Shown here in pieces: positions 18,189-26,601 of a DNA stretch of 64,000 nt (its first letter is position 1; each line of letters starts with the position of its first letter). Position numbers and translations under genes: made by a program. The notes under the pieces were generated by a model. It saw only the letters and a list, made by a program, of their open reading frames with translations, was not told where the DNA came from and made no database searches. The stretch is taken from the IMG/VR virus record IMGVR_UViG_3300046457_000118, positions 1-64,000 of that record, one strand, 5' to 3'. The stretch is from a virus.

Positions 18189-18497
18189 ATGCTACTCAAA
18201 TCCATACTAAACAAAGTGATTCGTTATGTAAGCGAACACCCGACCGACGAAGGATGCATTCGTATCCGTCAGTGCGTACAGCAGAGTAATCGAACGTTGG
18301 ACGAGTTTATTTATGCGCTCGATATGCGTGAGATTGGGCTGCTACGTGATCTGGTGCCATTGGCATTCCCACGTCACCTAAGACCACCAGTCGAGTTGGT
18401 TCTGTTCCAGAACAACTTGGGTGCATGGCGTTTGGACCCTAAGCTGAAGGAGACAGTCAATAGTGATGACTCCCTTACAACTATGAGAAGTCAGTGA
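18189..18497 (+). CDS. Hypothetical protein
   Basis: Start MLLKSIL after TAAGGA. Confidence 0.65.
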   Translation: MLLKSILNKVIRYVSEHPTDEGCIRIRQCVQQSNRTLDEFIYALDMREIGLLRDLVPLAFPRHLRPPVELVLFQNNLGAWRLDPKLKETVNSDDSLTTMRSQ

Positions 18498-18586
18498 GAA
18501 CTTCTCATTAAACCCATACCGATAAACTAAAAGTCAGAATTTTTGAATTCTGGCGATAGAAACCCGATACCCTAACGAGTACCCAC

Positions 18587-18826
18587 ATGACCCCATCCGA
18601 TACCCCTATTGACCCATGCTCACCCGAAGGGGTGAAGCAGGCCGGCCTCCGTCCGGTGCGCTTGGGGCTGTTCCCTTCACTGGACAGCCTCGACGCCGTG
18701 ATTGATCTGGGCCTGTCCCAGTTACCGATCACCAACCCCAATCAACTGGTAGGCCTCCTGATGACCTACCACAACAGTCTCGTGCAAGTCATCGAGAAGG
18801 AACAGGAACATGAAGCGCCTGCTTGA
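18587..18826 (+). CDS. Conserved N4-like small protein
   Basis: LFPSLDSL..V...SQLPI...L...LMTYHNSL pattern. Confidence 0.65.
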   Translation: MTPSDTPIDPCSPEGVKQAGLRPVRLGLFPSLDSLDAVIDLGLSQLPITNPNQLVGLLMTYHNSLVQVIEKEQEHEAPA

Positions 18827-19082
18827 TCTGAACGCATTCGATGTGCTGTCTCAGATAACCACTGTCCACCATGGATTGTTATCTGTTGAACAACACATGC
18901 GTTACCTGATGTTCATGCAAGCGATTGCGGAGATGTCAGAAGCGCATGGATGGCGCAGTAAGAAAGTCATTGATCAGCTTGATCCACTTATCTTGGAGCA
19001 TAGTGGTGAAGCTGAAATCGACTACAGCTTGTTGAGTAGATATGCACGTCTCGCTGACCTTACATTCAACCTTCTACATTAA
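18810..19082 (+). CDS. Hypothetical protein
   Basis: 90 aa, RBS AGGA. Confidence 0.65.
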   Translation: MKRLLDLNAFDVLSQITTVHHGLLSVEQHMRYLMFMQAIAEMSEAHGWRSKKVIDQLDPLILEHSGEAEIDYSLLSRYARLADLTFNLLH

Positions 19083-19091
19083 GGAACGAGT

Positions 19092-19250
19092 ATGAACAAG
19101 AAGCTGCTCGACCTGATCAAACAGAAGTTCATTGAACGTTTACAAGCCAAGACTGGCTGGGGACGCAATGATGTCATCAACGAATACCAAGACGCTGTGA
19201 ATGAATCTCTGCTGGAACTGATGGACCAGCAATCCAAACCAACTGAATAG
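19092..19250 (+). CDS. Small hypothetical protein (52 aa)
   Basis: Not in track. RBS TAAGGA; MNKKLLDLIKQKFIERLQAKTGWGRN... Confidence 0.7.
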   Translation: MNKKLLDLIKQKFIERLQAKTGWGRNDVINEYQDAVNESLLELMDQQSKPTE

Positions 19251-19258
19251 GACACAAC

Positions 19259-20305
19259 ATGACCTTGACCGTCAATATTGCAACCGCCAAGCGCATGGCC
19301 CTCAAGGGTCTGCTGGCTGGCTTGGTACCGATGCTGTGGGGACCGCCTGCCATCGGCAAGAGTGCGATCACGCACCAGATCGCCCAAGAGAACAAGCTGT
19401 TCCTGATCGATGAGCGCCTGTCGGACTGTGATCCCACGGACTTGAAGGGCTACCCTTCGGTCAACGACAAGACCGGCAAGGGCTTCTACAGGCCCATGGA
19501 GACCTTCCCGCTCGAAGGTGACCCGTTACCCTTCATCGCAGGCACGAAGCATCCCTACGAGGGCTGGCTGCTGTTCCTCGACGAACTGACCAATGCCGAC
19601 GATGACGTACGCAAGGCTGCATACAAGCTGATCCTCGACCGCAAGGTGGGCCAGCGTAACCTGCACCCGAACGTGGCCATCGTCTGTGCCGGTAACGGTA
19701 TCGAGCACGGTGCCATGGCCAACGAACTGGGCACGGCCATGCAGTCGCGTCTACTGCACATCGACATCGAACTGGACTTCAAGACGTGGATGTCGTGGGC
19801 CATCGAGAACCAGATCGACCAGCGCATCCGTGACTATCTGAACTTCACCCGTGGCGAGAAGCTCTACACCTTCAAGCCAGATCACACCGACAAGACCTTC
19901 GCGTCGCCCCGTACCTGGGAATTCGCAGACAAGTACATCAAGGTCCATGGCTTCGATGACCAGGACATCTACCCGTCGCTGGCAGGCGTGGTCAGTCCCG
20001 GTGTGGCCGCAGAGTTCATGCAGTTCTGCACCGTCTACAGTACACTGCCGAAGATCGACACGATCCTGCAAGGTCCGGACTGGGCACCTGTTCCCGATGG
20101 CTTGTCTTCGATCTTCGCCCTGTGCGGCAATCTGGCTGCGGCCATGAATACGAGTAACGCGGACAAGCTGATGGCTTACATCAAGCGCCTGCCCCCCGAG
20201 TTCATGATCGTCACCATGATCGATGCCATCAAGCGTGACCAGACGCTCAAGCAGAACAGCCAGATTCGCTCGTGGGCCATGCAGAACGGCCACGAGTTGT
20301 TCTGA
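19259..20305 (+). CDS. AAA+ ATPase, MoxR-like (N4 gp24 family)
   Basis: GPPAIGKS Walker A, LLFLDE Walker B, AGN sensor, SPRTW. Confidence 0.9.
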   Translation: MTLTVNIATAKRMALKGLLAGLVPMLWGPPAIGKSAITHQIAQENKLFLIDERLSDCDPTDLKGYPSVNDKTGKGFYRPMETFPLEGDPLPFIAGTKHPYEGWLLFLDELTNADDDVRKAAYKLILDRKVGQRNLHPNVAIVCAGNGIEHGAMANELGTAMQSRLLHIDIELDFKTWMSWAIENQIDQRIRDYLNFTRGEKLYTFKPDHTDKTFASPRTWEFADKYIKVHGFDDQDIYPSLAGVVSPGVAAEFMQFCTVYSTLPKIDTILQGPDWAPVPDGLSSIFALCGNLAAAMNTSNADKLMAYIKRLPPEFMIVTMIDAIKRDQTLKQNSQIRSWAMQNGHELF

Positions 20306-20381
20306 CACGACGCGACGTATCCTCCCATACGTCGCCGGGAGATGGGCAGCGCATCTCCCACCAACCTCACAAGGAAACCTT

Positions 20382-20759
20382 ATGGCCAAGAAGACGCCAG
20401 TACTTATTGTGGAAGAACCGAAGCCATGGTCACTGACACAGGCAGACATCGATTCCATCACCGATGCTGAGTATGCGCGTGGCACAACCCGGTTGCTGCC
20501 CCCTGTCGATGACATCCCTGATGTGTACTTCGGTCCATTCAAGGGCTATGGTGCAGGCAATGTGTACTTCCGTATTGCAGATGCCATGTACGTGGGAGAG
20601 GAACCTCCCATGGGTGATATCGAATTTAAGGAAGGCTTTACCGGTGAAGGTGTGGAGCGTCTGTTGACCGCACACCTGCGTTCGGTAGAGCCTGAACATC
20701 AACACAAGATGGCAGGCATGGCTTACATGATCGCCACCATCATGACCATCACGGAGTAG
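20382..20759 (+). CDS. Hypothetical protein
   Basis: Start MAKKTP after CAAGGA; C-terminal LRSVEPEHQHKMAGMAY. Confidence 0.7.
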   Translation: MAKKTPVLIVEEPKPWSLTQADIDSITDAEYARGTTRLLPPVDDIPDVYFGPFKGYGAGNVYFRIADAMYVGEEPPMGDIEFKEGFTGEGVERLLTAHLRSVEPEHQHKMAGMAYMIATIMTITE

Positions 20760-20761
20760 AC

Positions 20762-21814
20762 ATGAACAAGGATACACAGCCGACCGGCGATCTGACGGAT
20801 GAGCGAATCAAAGAAGCTGCGCGAGAGGGCGAACGCCGAGGCCGCGCCGTTATCGACAACCACCTGCAAATGATGGAAACGAACCGGCACTACCGCGAGC
20901 GCATTTTTAACGCCATCGTTGAGCACGACGCCAAAGAAGGACTGCACAGGTTCGTCCACCTCGCGGGCCACTCACAGGCAACCAAGGCGCAAGCAGTGCC
21001 GGAAGGCTTCGCACTGGTGCCAATTGAGCCGACGCAAGAGATGTTCGCTGCTGCACGCACATCGACACCTGGAAGCAACACGGAAAAGCTGCTGATGGCC
21101 AACTACTGGCGGAACATGCTTGCCGCCGCTCCTACCGCACAGGAAGTCACCCAGCAGGCAGCGCCGGACCTGCACATGATTCAACTGCGCCTTAAGCAGA
21201 TTCTGAATCCAGCACTGGGCCAGCTTTCTGCTCAATGGATGGCTGCTGATGCGCTTTATTACCTGACCAAAGACGATAGTTTTGCAGATATTGCGGACAG
21301 TCTAATGACTCAGCAGGCAGCGAAGGCCGAGACAGCCGAGCAGGCGAAGCCTGAATTGACGGTATGGGAAAGCGCGATGCCCGAGTCGAACGGCAAGTCG
21401 AACTTCACCGCCGTCCTGCACCGCAAAGACAGCAAAGGGTTCGATCTGTTCACCGATGGCTTCCAGTTCGCACGCTCCGAGTATCCCGACCGGGTGCGCT
21501 ACGAGGCCGACTTCATGCGTTGGCTGATTGGCGAGCGCGCCGAGCGGCCGGAACTGTGGGACGACTGCTACGACATGGACAAGCACAGCGGTTATGTCGC
21601 CCCTACTACCAGCACCGTGAGCGCGTCAGATGAAAAAGCCGTTTCAGATGTGTTGATCGATGCAGCACTTGAGGCAGCGGCGCAACTCTGCGACCGCTTC
21701 GCTGACCGTGACATGCACCCAGCAGAGTGCGCAGGTGCAATCAGGATGATGAAGCGCACCCGCACCGCAGCTCAAGCTGCTGCCGATGCAGAGAAAGGAC
21801 AGCACAATGGATAA
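20762..21814 (+). CDS. Mosaic Ea22/Eaa-like protein of temperate-phage type
   Basis: Modules VPEGFALVPIEPTQEM...MLAAAP and AMPESNGK..RSEYPDRVRYEAD..RWLIGE. Confidence 0.6.
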   Translation: MNKDTQPTGDLTDERIKEAAREGERRGRAVIDNHLQMMETNRHYRERIFNAIVEHDAKEGLHRFVHLAGHSQATKAQAVPEGFALVPIEPTQEMFAAARTSTPGSNTEKLLMANYWRNMLAAAPTAQEVTQQAAPDLHMIQLRLKQILNPALGQLSAQWMAADALYYLTKDDSFADIADSLMTQQAAKAETAEQAKPELTVWESAMPESNGKSNFTAVLHRKDSKGFDLFTDGFQFARSEYPDRVRYEADFMRWLIGERAERPELWDDCYDMDKHSGYVAPTTSTVSASDEKAVSDVLIDAALEAAAQLCDRFADRDMHPAECAGAIRMMKRTRTAAQAAADAEKGQHNG

Positions 21815-22010
21815 CCAGAATATGCCGCGCGTAACCGAGCAGGTGGATGAGCGGGACGCGGCGCGCTATCGCTGGCTCATGGACAATCAGTGGTGCGTCG
21901 AATGGAATGACTCGTTCTACGACCGATCCTCGCACGGCCCCAACTGGACCGCTACAAATGCAATCGACGCAGCAATTGCCGCCAGCGCGGCACAGGAGAA
22001 GAAGCCATGA
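21807..22010 (+). CDS. Hypothetical protein (DAARYRWL family)
   Basis: RDAARYRWL...AIDAAIAA pattern common in proteobacterial prophages. Confidence 0.65.
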   Translation: MDNQNMPRVTEQVDERDAARYRWLMDNQWCVEWNDSFYDRSSHGPNWTATNAIDAAIAASAAQEKKP

Positions 22011-22198
22011 AACTGATAGCAGCCTGTGCCGTGCTGTTACTGGGTGTTGCCATTCCTATCGTCTACCACGACCACATCACTTCCAGCACTGTTGCCAAGG
22101 TACGTGCCTGTGCATCTCGTGGTGGCAGGGTGCAGACTGACTTCCATCCCCACCAATGCATCGGTGCGAAAGGAGCAAACAGTGAGAAGAATGACTGA
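22007..22198 (+). CDS. Small exported or membrane protein
   Basis: N-terminal hydrophobic segment, C..RGG...C; ATGA overlap. Confidence 0.6.
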   Translation: MKLIAACAVLLLGVAIPIVYHDHITSSTVAKVRACASRGGRVQTDFHPHQCIGAKGANSEKND

Positions 22199-22373
22199 AC
22201 GCCGCAAGGGACCAACATGGTTCTGGATGCTGGTCGGCTGGGTATTCACGGGTGACCGTCGCTCTGGCATGGATCGACGCGAGACTGACATCGAGTGCCT
22301 GCAATACGGTTGCAAGGGACCGTGCAACCAAGGCGACCGTACCTGCAAAGGCAAACCAATCAAGAGGGAGTAA
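22191..22373 (+). CDS. Small Arg-motif/Cys-rich protein (60 aa)
   Basis: MTERRKG-hydrophobic-DRRSGMDRR-C...C...CNQG...C. Confidence 0.6.
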   Translation: MTERRKGPTWFWMLVGWVFTGDRRSGMDRRETDIECLQYGCKGPCNQGDRTCKGKPIKRE

Positions 22374-22375
22374 CC

Positions 22376-22714
22376 ATGGACAAGTTGAAGTACAATCCGA
22401 ACCGTCCCTTCATCTACACCTACTACGGCCCTTCACAGGGCCGTGGTCGCAAGAAGCCTGTCGTCATGCGCTACCGAGGCAGCAACATCGGAGAGATCGC
22501 TGCCAACATGGTGCGCTGGATGACCCGCAAAGCCAAGGGTGCTGCCGTGGTCGGTGAAGTGCATGACGAAGAGTATGGTGAGTTGCTGCTGGTGGCCACC
22601 TACTTCCCCGGTGAGAAGTTCCAGATCGTCTTCGAGCAAGACACCACCAAGAGGGTGTATGTCACCCGCTTAGACGACGCCGATCTGAAACTACTCGATC
22701 CCATCAAACCATAA
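22376..22714 (+). CDS. Hypothetical protein
   Basis: Start MDKLKYN after GGGAG. Confidence 0.7.
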   Translation: MDKLKYNPNRPFIYTYYGPSQGRGRKKPVVMRYRGSNIGEIAANMVRWMTRKAKGAAVVGEVHDEEYGELLLVATYFPGEKFQIVFEQDTTKRVYVTRLDDADLKLLDPIKP

Positions 22715-22762
22715 CAACAGGCTCATCGACAGGTGAGCTTTTCACATTCCTCATTGGACACA

Positions 22763-22780
22763 GGCGACGCTCCGCTCGCC
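22763..22780 (+). promoter_or_regulatory. Candidate TCC-loop hairpin promoter, after a terminator at 22731-22752
   Basis: GGCGA(C)GC-TCC-GCTCGCC. Confidence 0.4.
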
Positions 22781-22809
22781 GTCTTGGAACCGTCAACCTG
22801 AAAGCTCCC

Positions 22810-23922
22810 ATGGATACCACAAAACTGAACCGTGAAATGGGGAAGACCAAGGTACTGCTGATGTCGAAGCCGAACGCAGTCTTCTTCTCCACCCTCGTCC
22901 TCGGACTGAAAACCGTCTGGGATGACAGTCAGCCCACCGCCTATGTGAATGGCCGTGTGGTTGGCTGGAACTCTGGCTTCTACCTGTCCCTCGACCGTGA
23001 GGAACGGGTATTCGTACTGTGCCACGAAGCCCTGCACGTCATCTGGAAGCACCTGCTACCGGCACGCTGGCAAGGCAAAGTCCTGCGCATCTGGCAGGCT
23101 GCATGCGACTTCGCCATCAACAGCACGCTGGTGGACTATGGCTTCAAGATGCCGAAGGTCGGTCTGTATGATGCCCGCTTCAGAGGCATGAGTGCAGACG
23201 ACATCTACACCCTGTTGGTGAAGGAGAACTACCAGCCGCCACCGGACATGATGGAAGACCTGCGCCAGCCTGAACAGGACGCGGCTACCCATCAACTGGA
23301 AGTACAGGACATGCTCTTGCGAGCTACTACCGTAGCCAAGATGTCGAGCCGTGGTGCTGGCCTGATCCCCAGTGATATCCAGATTATGCTCGATGCGCTG
23401 CTTGATCCCAAGCTGCCATGGACCACGATCCTGCATCGCTGGCTGAATGCCCGTATCCGGACTGGTTACGACTACTCCAAGCCGAACCGCCGCTATCTGC
23501 CGGACATGTACCTGCCCAGTAGGTCGAGCAAGGGGCTAAAGGATCTGGTCGTGTTCATGGATGTGTCTTGTTCGGTCGAAGACTTCCAGTTCAATGCCAT
23601 GGTGTCGGAACTGTCTGGCGTATTTAAACGCTTCAAGCCAAAGATCACCCTCGTGACCTTCAACACCGTGATCACGGGTGTGCACCACATCAAGTCGATT
23701 GCTGAACTGAAGCAAGTCGAGTTCCGTGGACGAGGTGGTACCGATCCGGAGTGCATCTTCAACTGGATCGAGGAACACAAGCCTGATGCTTCCATCATCT
23801 TCACCGATGGTGAGTTCGACTGGCAGCGGGACACCCTGTCACGAGAGGTCGTCTGGATCATCAACGACAATCCCCATTTCGAGCCTCGCTTCGGCAAGGC
23901 CATCCACTACGAGACCCGATAA
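22810..23922 (+). CDS. Metallopeptidase-like plus vWA domain protein (N4 gp25 family)
   Basis: HEALH zincin motif, PNRRY, DVSCS MIDAS-like, GRGGTD, FTDG. Confidence 0.88.
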   Translation: MDTTKLNREMGKTKVLLMSKPNAVFFSTLVLGLKTVWDDSQPTAYVNGRVVGWNSGFYLSLDREERVFVLCHEALHVIWKHLLPARWQGKVLRIWQAACDFAINSTLVDYGFKMPKVGLYDARFRGMSADDIYTLLVKENYQPPPDMMEDLRQPEQDAATHQLEVQDMLLRATTVAKMSSRGAGLIPSDIQIMLDALLDPKLPWTTILHRWLNARIRTGYDYSKPNRRYLPDMYLPSRSSKGLKDLVVFMDVSCSVEDFQFNAMVSELSGVFKRFKPKITLVTFNTVITGVHHIKSIAELKQVEFRGRGGTDPECIFNWIEEHKPDASIIFTDGEFDWQRDTLSREVVWIINDNPHFEPRFGKAIHYETR

Positions 23923-25172
23923 TGACTGATACCGACGACATTGAATTGACCGTCGAGCAGAGTGTAGCACTGGATTTCTTTTGCCAGTTCCTGATGGACC
24001 CGGACATGCCTGTAATGAGGCTGTCCGGTTACGCAGGCACCGGCAAGTCCACCTTGGTGCGTATCCTGCTCAAGCGTCTGGATGGCTACATGAAGATGTG
24101 GGAGTTGCTGACCAGCGACCGTCCCGATCTGGAAGTCGCCTTGACCGCCACCACCAACAAGGCAGCGGAAGCCTTACATGACATCACCGGCAAGACGGTC
24201 ACCACCATCCACAGCTTCCTTGGCTTACGTCCCGTAAGGGATGCCGGTGGTCAGATGAAACTGGTACCTGCCAAGCGGGCATCGGTCAAGTTCGACTACC
24301 TGCTGTTCGTCGACGAAGCCAGCATGATCGATCCGGAATTGTTGGGACTGATCTTCCAGCAAACCAAGGATTGCAAGATCGTGTTCATGGGTGACAAGGC
24401 GCAGCTACTGCCGGTCAAGCACAACAAGGCTCCTGTCTTCGAGGCACCCTTCCCGGAAGCAGCCCTGACCCAAGTGGTACGTCAGGCCGCAGGCAGTCTG
24501 ATCAATGCACTGGCCACCCAGTTTAGGGAGACCGTTGCTACTGGTATCTGGACACCCTTCGAGCCGGATGGCCAAGCCGTCATCCATCTGGACCGGGAGG
24601 CATTCGATCAGGCAGTCATGACCGAGTTCAACCGTCCGGACTGGCACTATGCCGACTCGAAGGTGCTGTCGTTCACCAACCACCGTGCGATCACTTACAA
24701 CAACGCCTTGCGTGACTTCATCAAGGGCAGTCCGGAACTGCAAGAGGGTGACTACGCCATCTGCAACAGCTATGTCCGGGTGGGTGAGCACAGCATCAAG
24801 ACCGATGCCATGGTCAAGATCACGTGCATCGAAGACCCTTGCGAAATCCATGCAGTGCAGGGACGCTACGTCACCATCAACGAGCATGTCCGTGTGTTCG
24901 CACCATACAACCCACAGGACATCCGGCGCATGAACGACTGGGCCACCAAGCAGATGAACTGGAAGGTACAGCGTGAAGTGGAAAGCTGGATCGATCTGCG
25001 TGCAGCCTATGCCCAGACCGTTAACAAGTCGCAGGGTTCCACCTACGACAAGGTGTTCATCGATATCGATGATATTTCCACCTGCACCAGTGGGAACACC
25101 ATCGCTCGCCTGATGTACGTGGCCGTATCGCGTGCACGTCATCAGGTCTACCTGACAGGAGATTTTGGATGA
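23922..25172 (+). CDS. SF1B Dda/RecD-like DNA helicase
   Basis: GYAGTGKS, DEASM, GDKAQL, TVNKSQGSTY, YVAVSRAR. Confidence 0.93.
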   Translation: MTDTDDIELTVEQSVALDFFCQFLMDPDMPVMRLSGYAGTGKSTLVRILLKRLDGYMKMWELLTSDRPDLEVALTATTNKAAEALHDITGKTVTTIHSFLGLRPVRDAGGQMKLVPAKRASVKFDYLLFVDEASMIDPELLGLIFQQTKDCKIVFMGDKAQLLPVKHNKAPVFEAPFPEAALTQVVRQAAGSLINALATQFRETVATGIWTPFEPDGQAVIHLDREAFDQAVMTEFNRPDWHYADSKVLSFTNHRAITYNNALRDFIKGSPELQEGDYAICNSYVRVGEHSIKTDAMVKITCIEDPCEIHAVQGRYVTINEHVRVFAPYNPQDIRRMNDWATKQMNWKVQREVESWIDLRAAYAQTVNKSQGSTYDKVFIDIDDISTCTSGNTIARLMYVAVSRARHQVYLTGDFG

Positions 25173-25453
25173 AAGACAGCGAGCTTTTACGGCGTGTACA
25201 CAGCAAGGTTAGAACCTACAACCACATTTTCATCTGCCGAGCCATTGACAGCATACGTGCGCCCATGGAGCAGAAACAATCGCTCATCCAATGGGTGATG
25301 CAGATGTTGGCAGGGTACTACACCTACAATGATTGGCTCCGCTATCAGCATCCCAAGCGGTATGCCAAGATGCGTTTAGGTGACTTCAAATATGCTCGCC
25401 TTGCTTGGCTTGACTGGATGATTGCCTACTGCGAGAAGGAGGAAGCCAAGTGA
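25169..25453 (+). CDS. Hypothetical protein
   Basis: 94 aa, FIC...ARLAWLDWMI; ATGA overlap. Confidence 0.7.
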   Translation: MKDSELLRRVHSKVRTYNHIFICRAIDSIRAPMEQKQSLIQWVMQMLAGYYTYNDWLRYQHPKRYAKMRLGDFKYARLAWLDWMIAYCEKEEAK

Positions 25454-25755
25454 ACACGATCATCCCCAAGTCGGACATACGACAAGACGAAGCGGTCAAG
25501 CCACAACCGTATGTCCGCATCCGTAAGATGTGGAGTCGTAACAGTGGTTGGGCACAGTACTCTTGGCTGTACTACGTTGATCTGGTCAATCAGTTCGGTG
25601 TGCCATGTAGCTTCAAGTTGCATGAGTATGGTTTGGGCGAGAACGAGGCATTGTGTATTGCCACCAACCAGTCACATTTCTTCGGCTGGACCATCAAGCG
25701 TTTCGAAGAGGACCGCAAAACCACGGTGGTCCTGAAAGAACTTCCCTCACCCTAG
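25450..25755 (+). CDS. Hypothetical protein
   Basis: 101 aa, GTGA overlap, RBS AGGAGG. Confidence 0.65.
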   Translation: MNTIIPKSDIRQDEAVKPQPYVRIRKMWSRNSGWAQYSWLYYVDLVNQFGVPCSFKLHEYGLGENEALCIATNQSHFFGWTIKRFEEDRKTTVVLKELPSP

Positions 25756-25854
25756 CCTTGTGCGCAAAAGCAATGGACATTTCCGACTGGAAGTGTACCA
25801 TTGCAGTCTTCCCCCAAGACCGTGCTCAAGGTATCCCCCTACCGAGAGACTCCC

Positions 25855-26385
25855 ATGGCTCAAACCAATCGACTACCACTCGAAGTGCGTCCTGCTGTCC
25901 GTGACGCGATCCTGTCCTATCTCTATGAGAAGGACACCGAGATGGCCCATGACATCCTGTCGGGCATCATCGACGAGCATTGCAAGCTGACAGGCTCACG
26001 TGACCGGGCCTTCATGTACCTGAACCGTGTGCACCAGCCAGCCTTGGCTCCCAAGCGGTTGCTTGCACCTGACCTGCATCCAGACCTGTACGAACGCATG
26101 AACGCCTACCTGCTGGATCGCATGCGTGTCGAGCGAGAAGAGAAACTGGTCGTCAAGAATTTGCTGACGGCAGTGATGAATGCGTCTGACTCGCCAGAAG
26201 ACTGGGCACGTTTGCTGCCTCCTGCATTGTCATTAGTGGTGCCTAAAATAATGTGGGATATCCGAGTAAGTTCCATATTGCCAATTGCACACATGACAGA
26301 CGAACAGATCGAGGCATGGCAGGCCAAGCAGGAGCGTGCATTGAACATCCTCAAGGGCCGTCTGGCCCTGAACCTCATCTTCTAG
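25855..26385 (+). CDS. N4 gp38-like hypothetical protein
   Basis: 176 aa between helicase and polymerase. Confidence 0.6.
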   Translation: MAQTNRLPLEVRPAVRDAILSYLYEKDTEMAHDILSGIIDEHCKLTGSRDRAFMYLNRVHQPALAPKRLLAPDLHPDLYERMNAYLLDRMRVEREEKLVVKNLLTAVMNASDSPEDWARLLPPALSLVVPKIMWDIRVSSILPIAHMTDEQIEAWQAKQERALNILKGRLALNLIF

Positions 26386-26392
26386 GAAACCC

Positions 26393-26584
26393 ATGCAAGT
26401 CGAAACCATCGTACTCACCGTACGTGTCGAGCAGGTCTGTGACAAGTGCAAGGAAGGCGTGATGCGTCCTTCCGGCATGGCACTCATGTCCAGTCCTGCC
26501 AAGTATCCACACTTCTGCACGGTCTGTGGTGCCCATGAAAACTTCAACAAGACGTATCCGGCCATCGAATACCGAGACGCCTGA
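26393..26584 (+). CDS. Small zinc-ribbon protein
   Basis: CDKC...YPHFCTVC. Confidence 0.75.
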   Translation: MQVETIVLTVRVEQVCDKCKEGVMRPSGMALMSSPAKYPHFCTVCGAHENFNKTYPAIEYRDA

Positions 26585-26601
26585 TTCATAAGGAGACCAT
26601 C

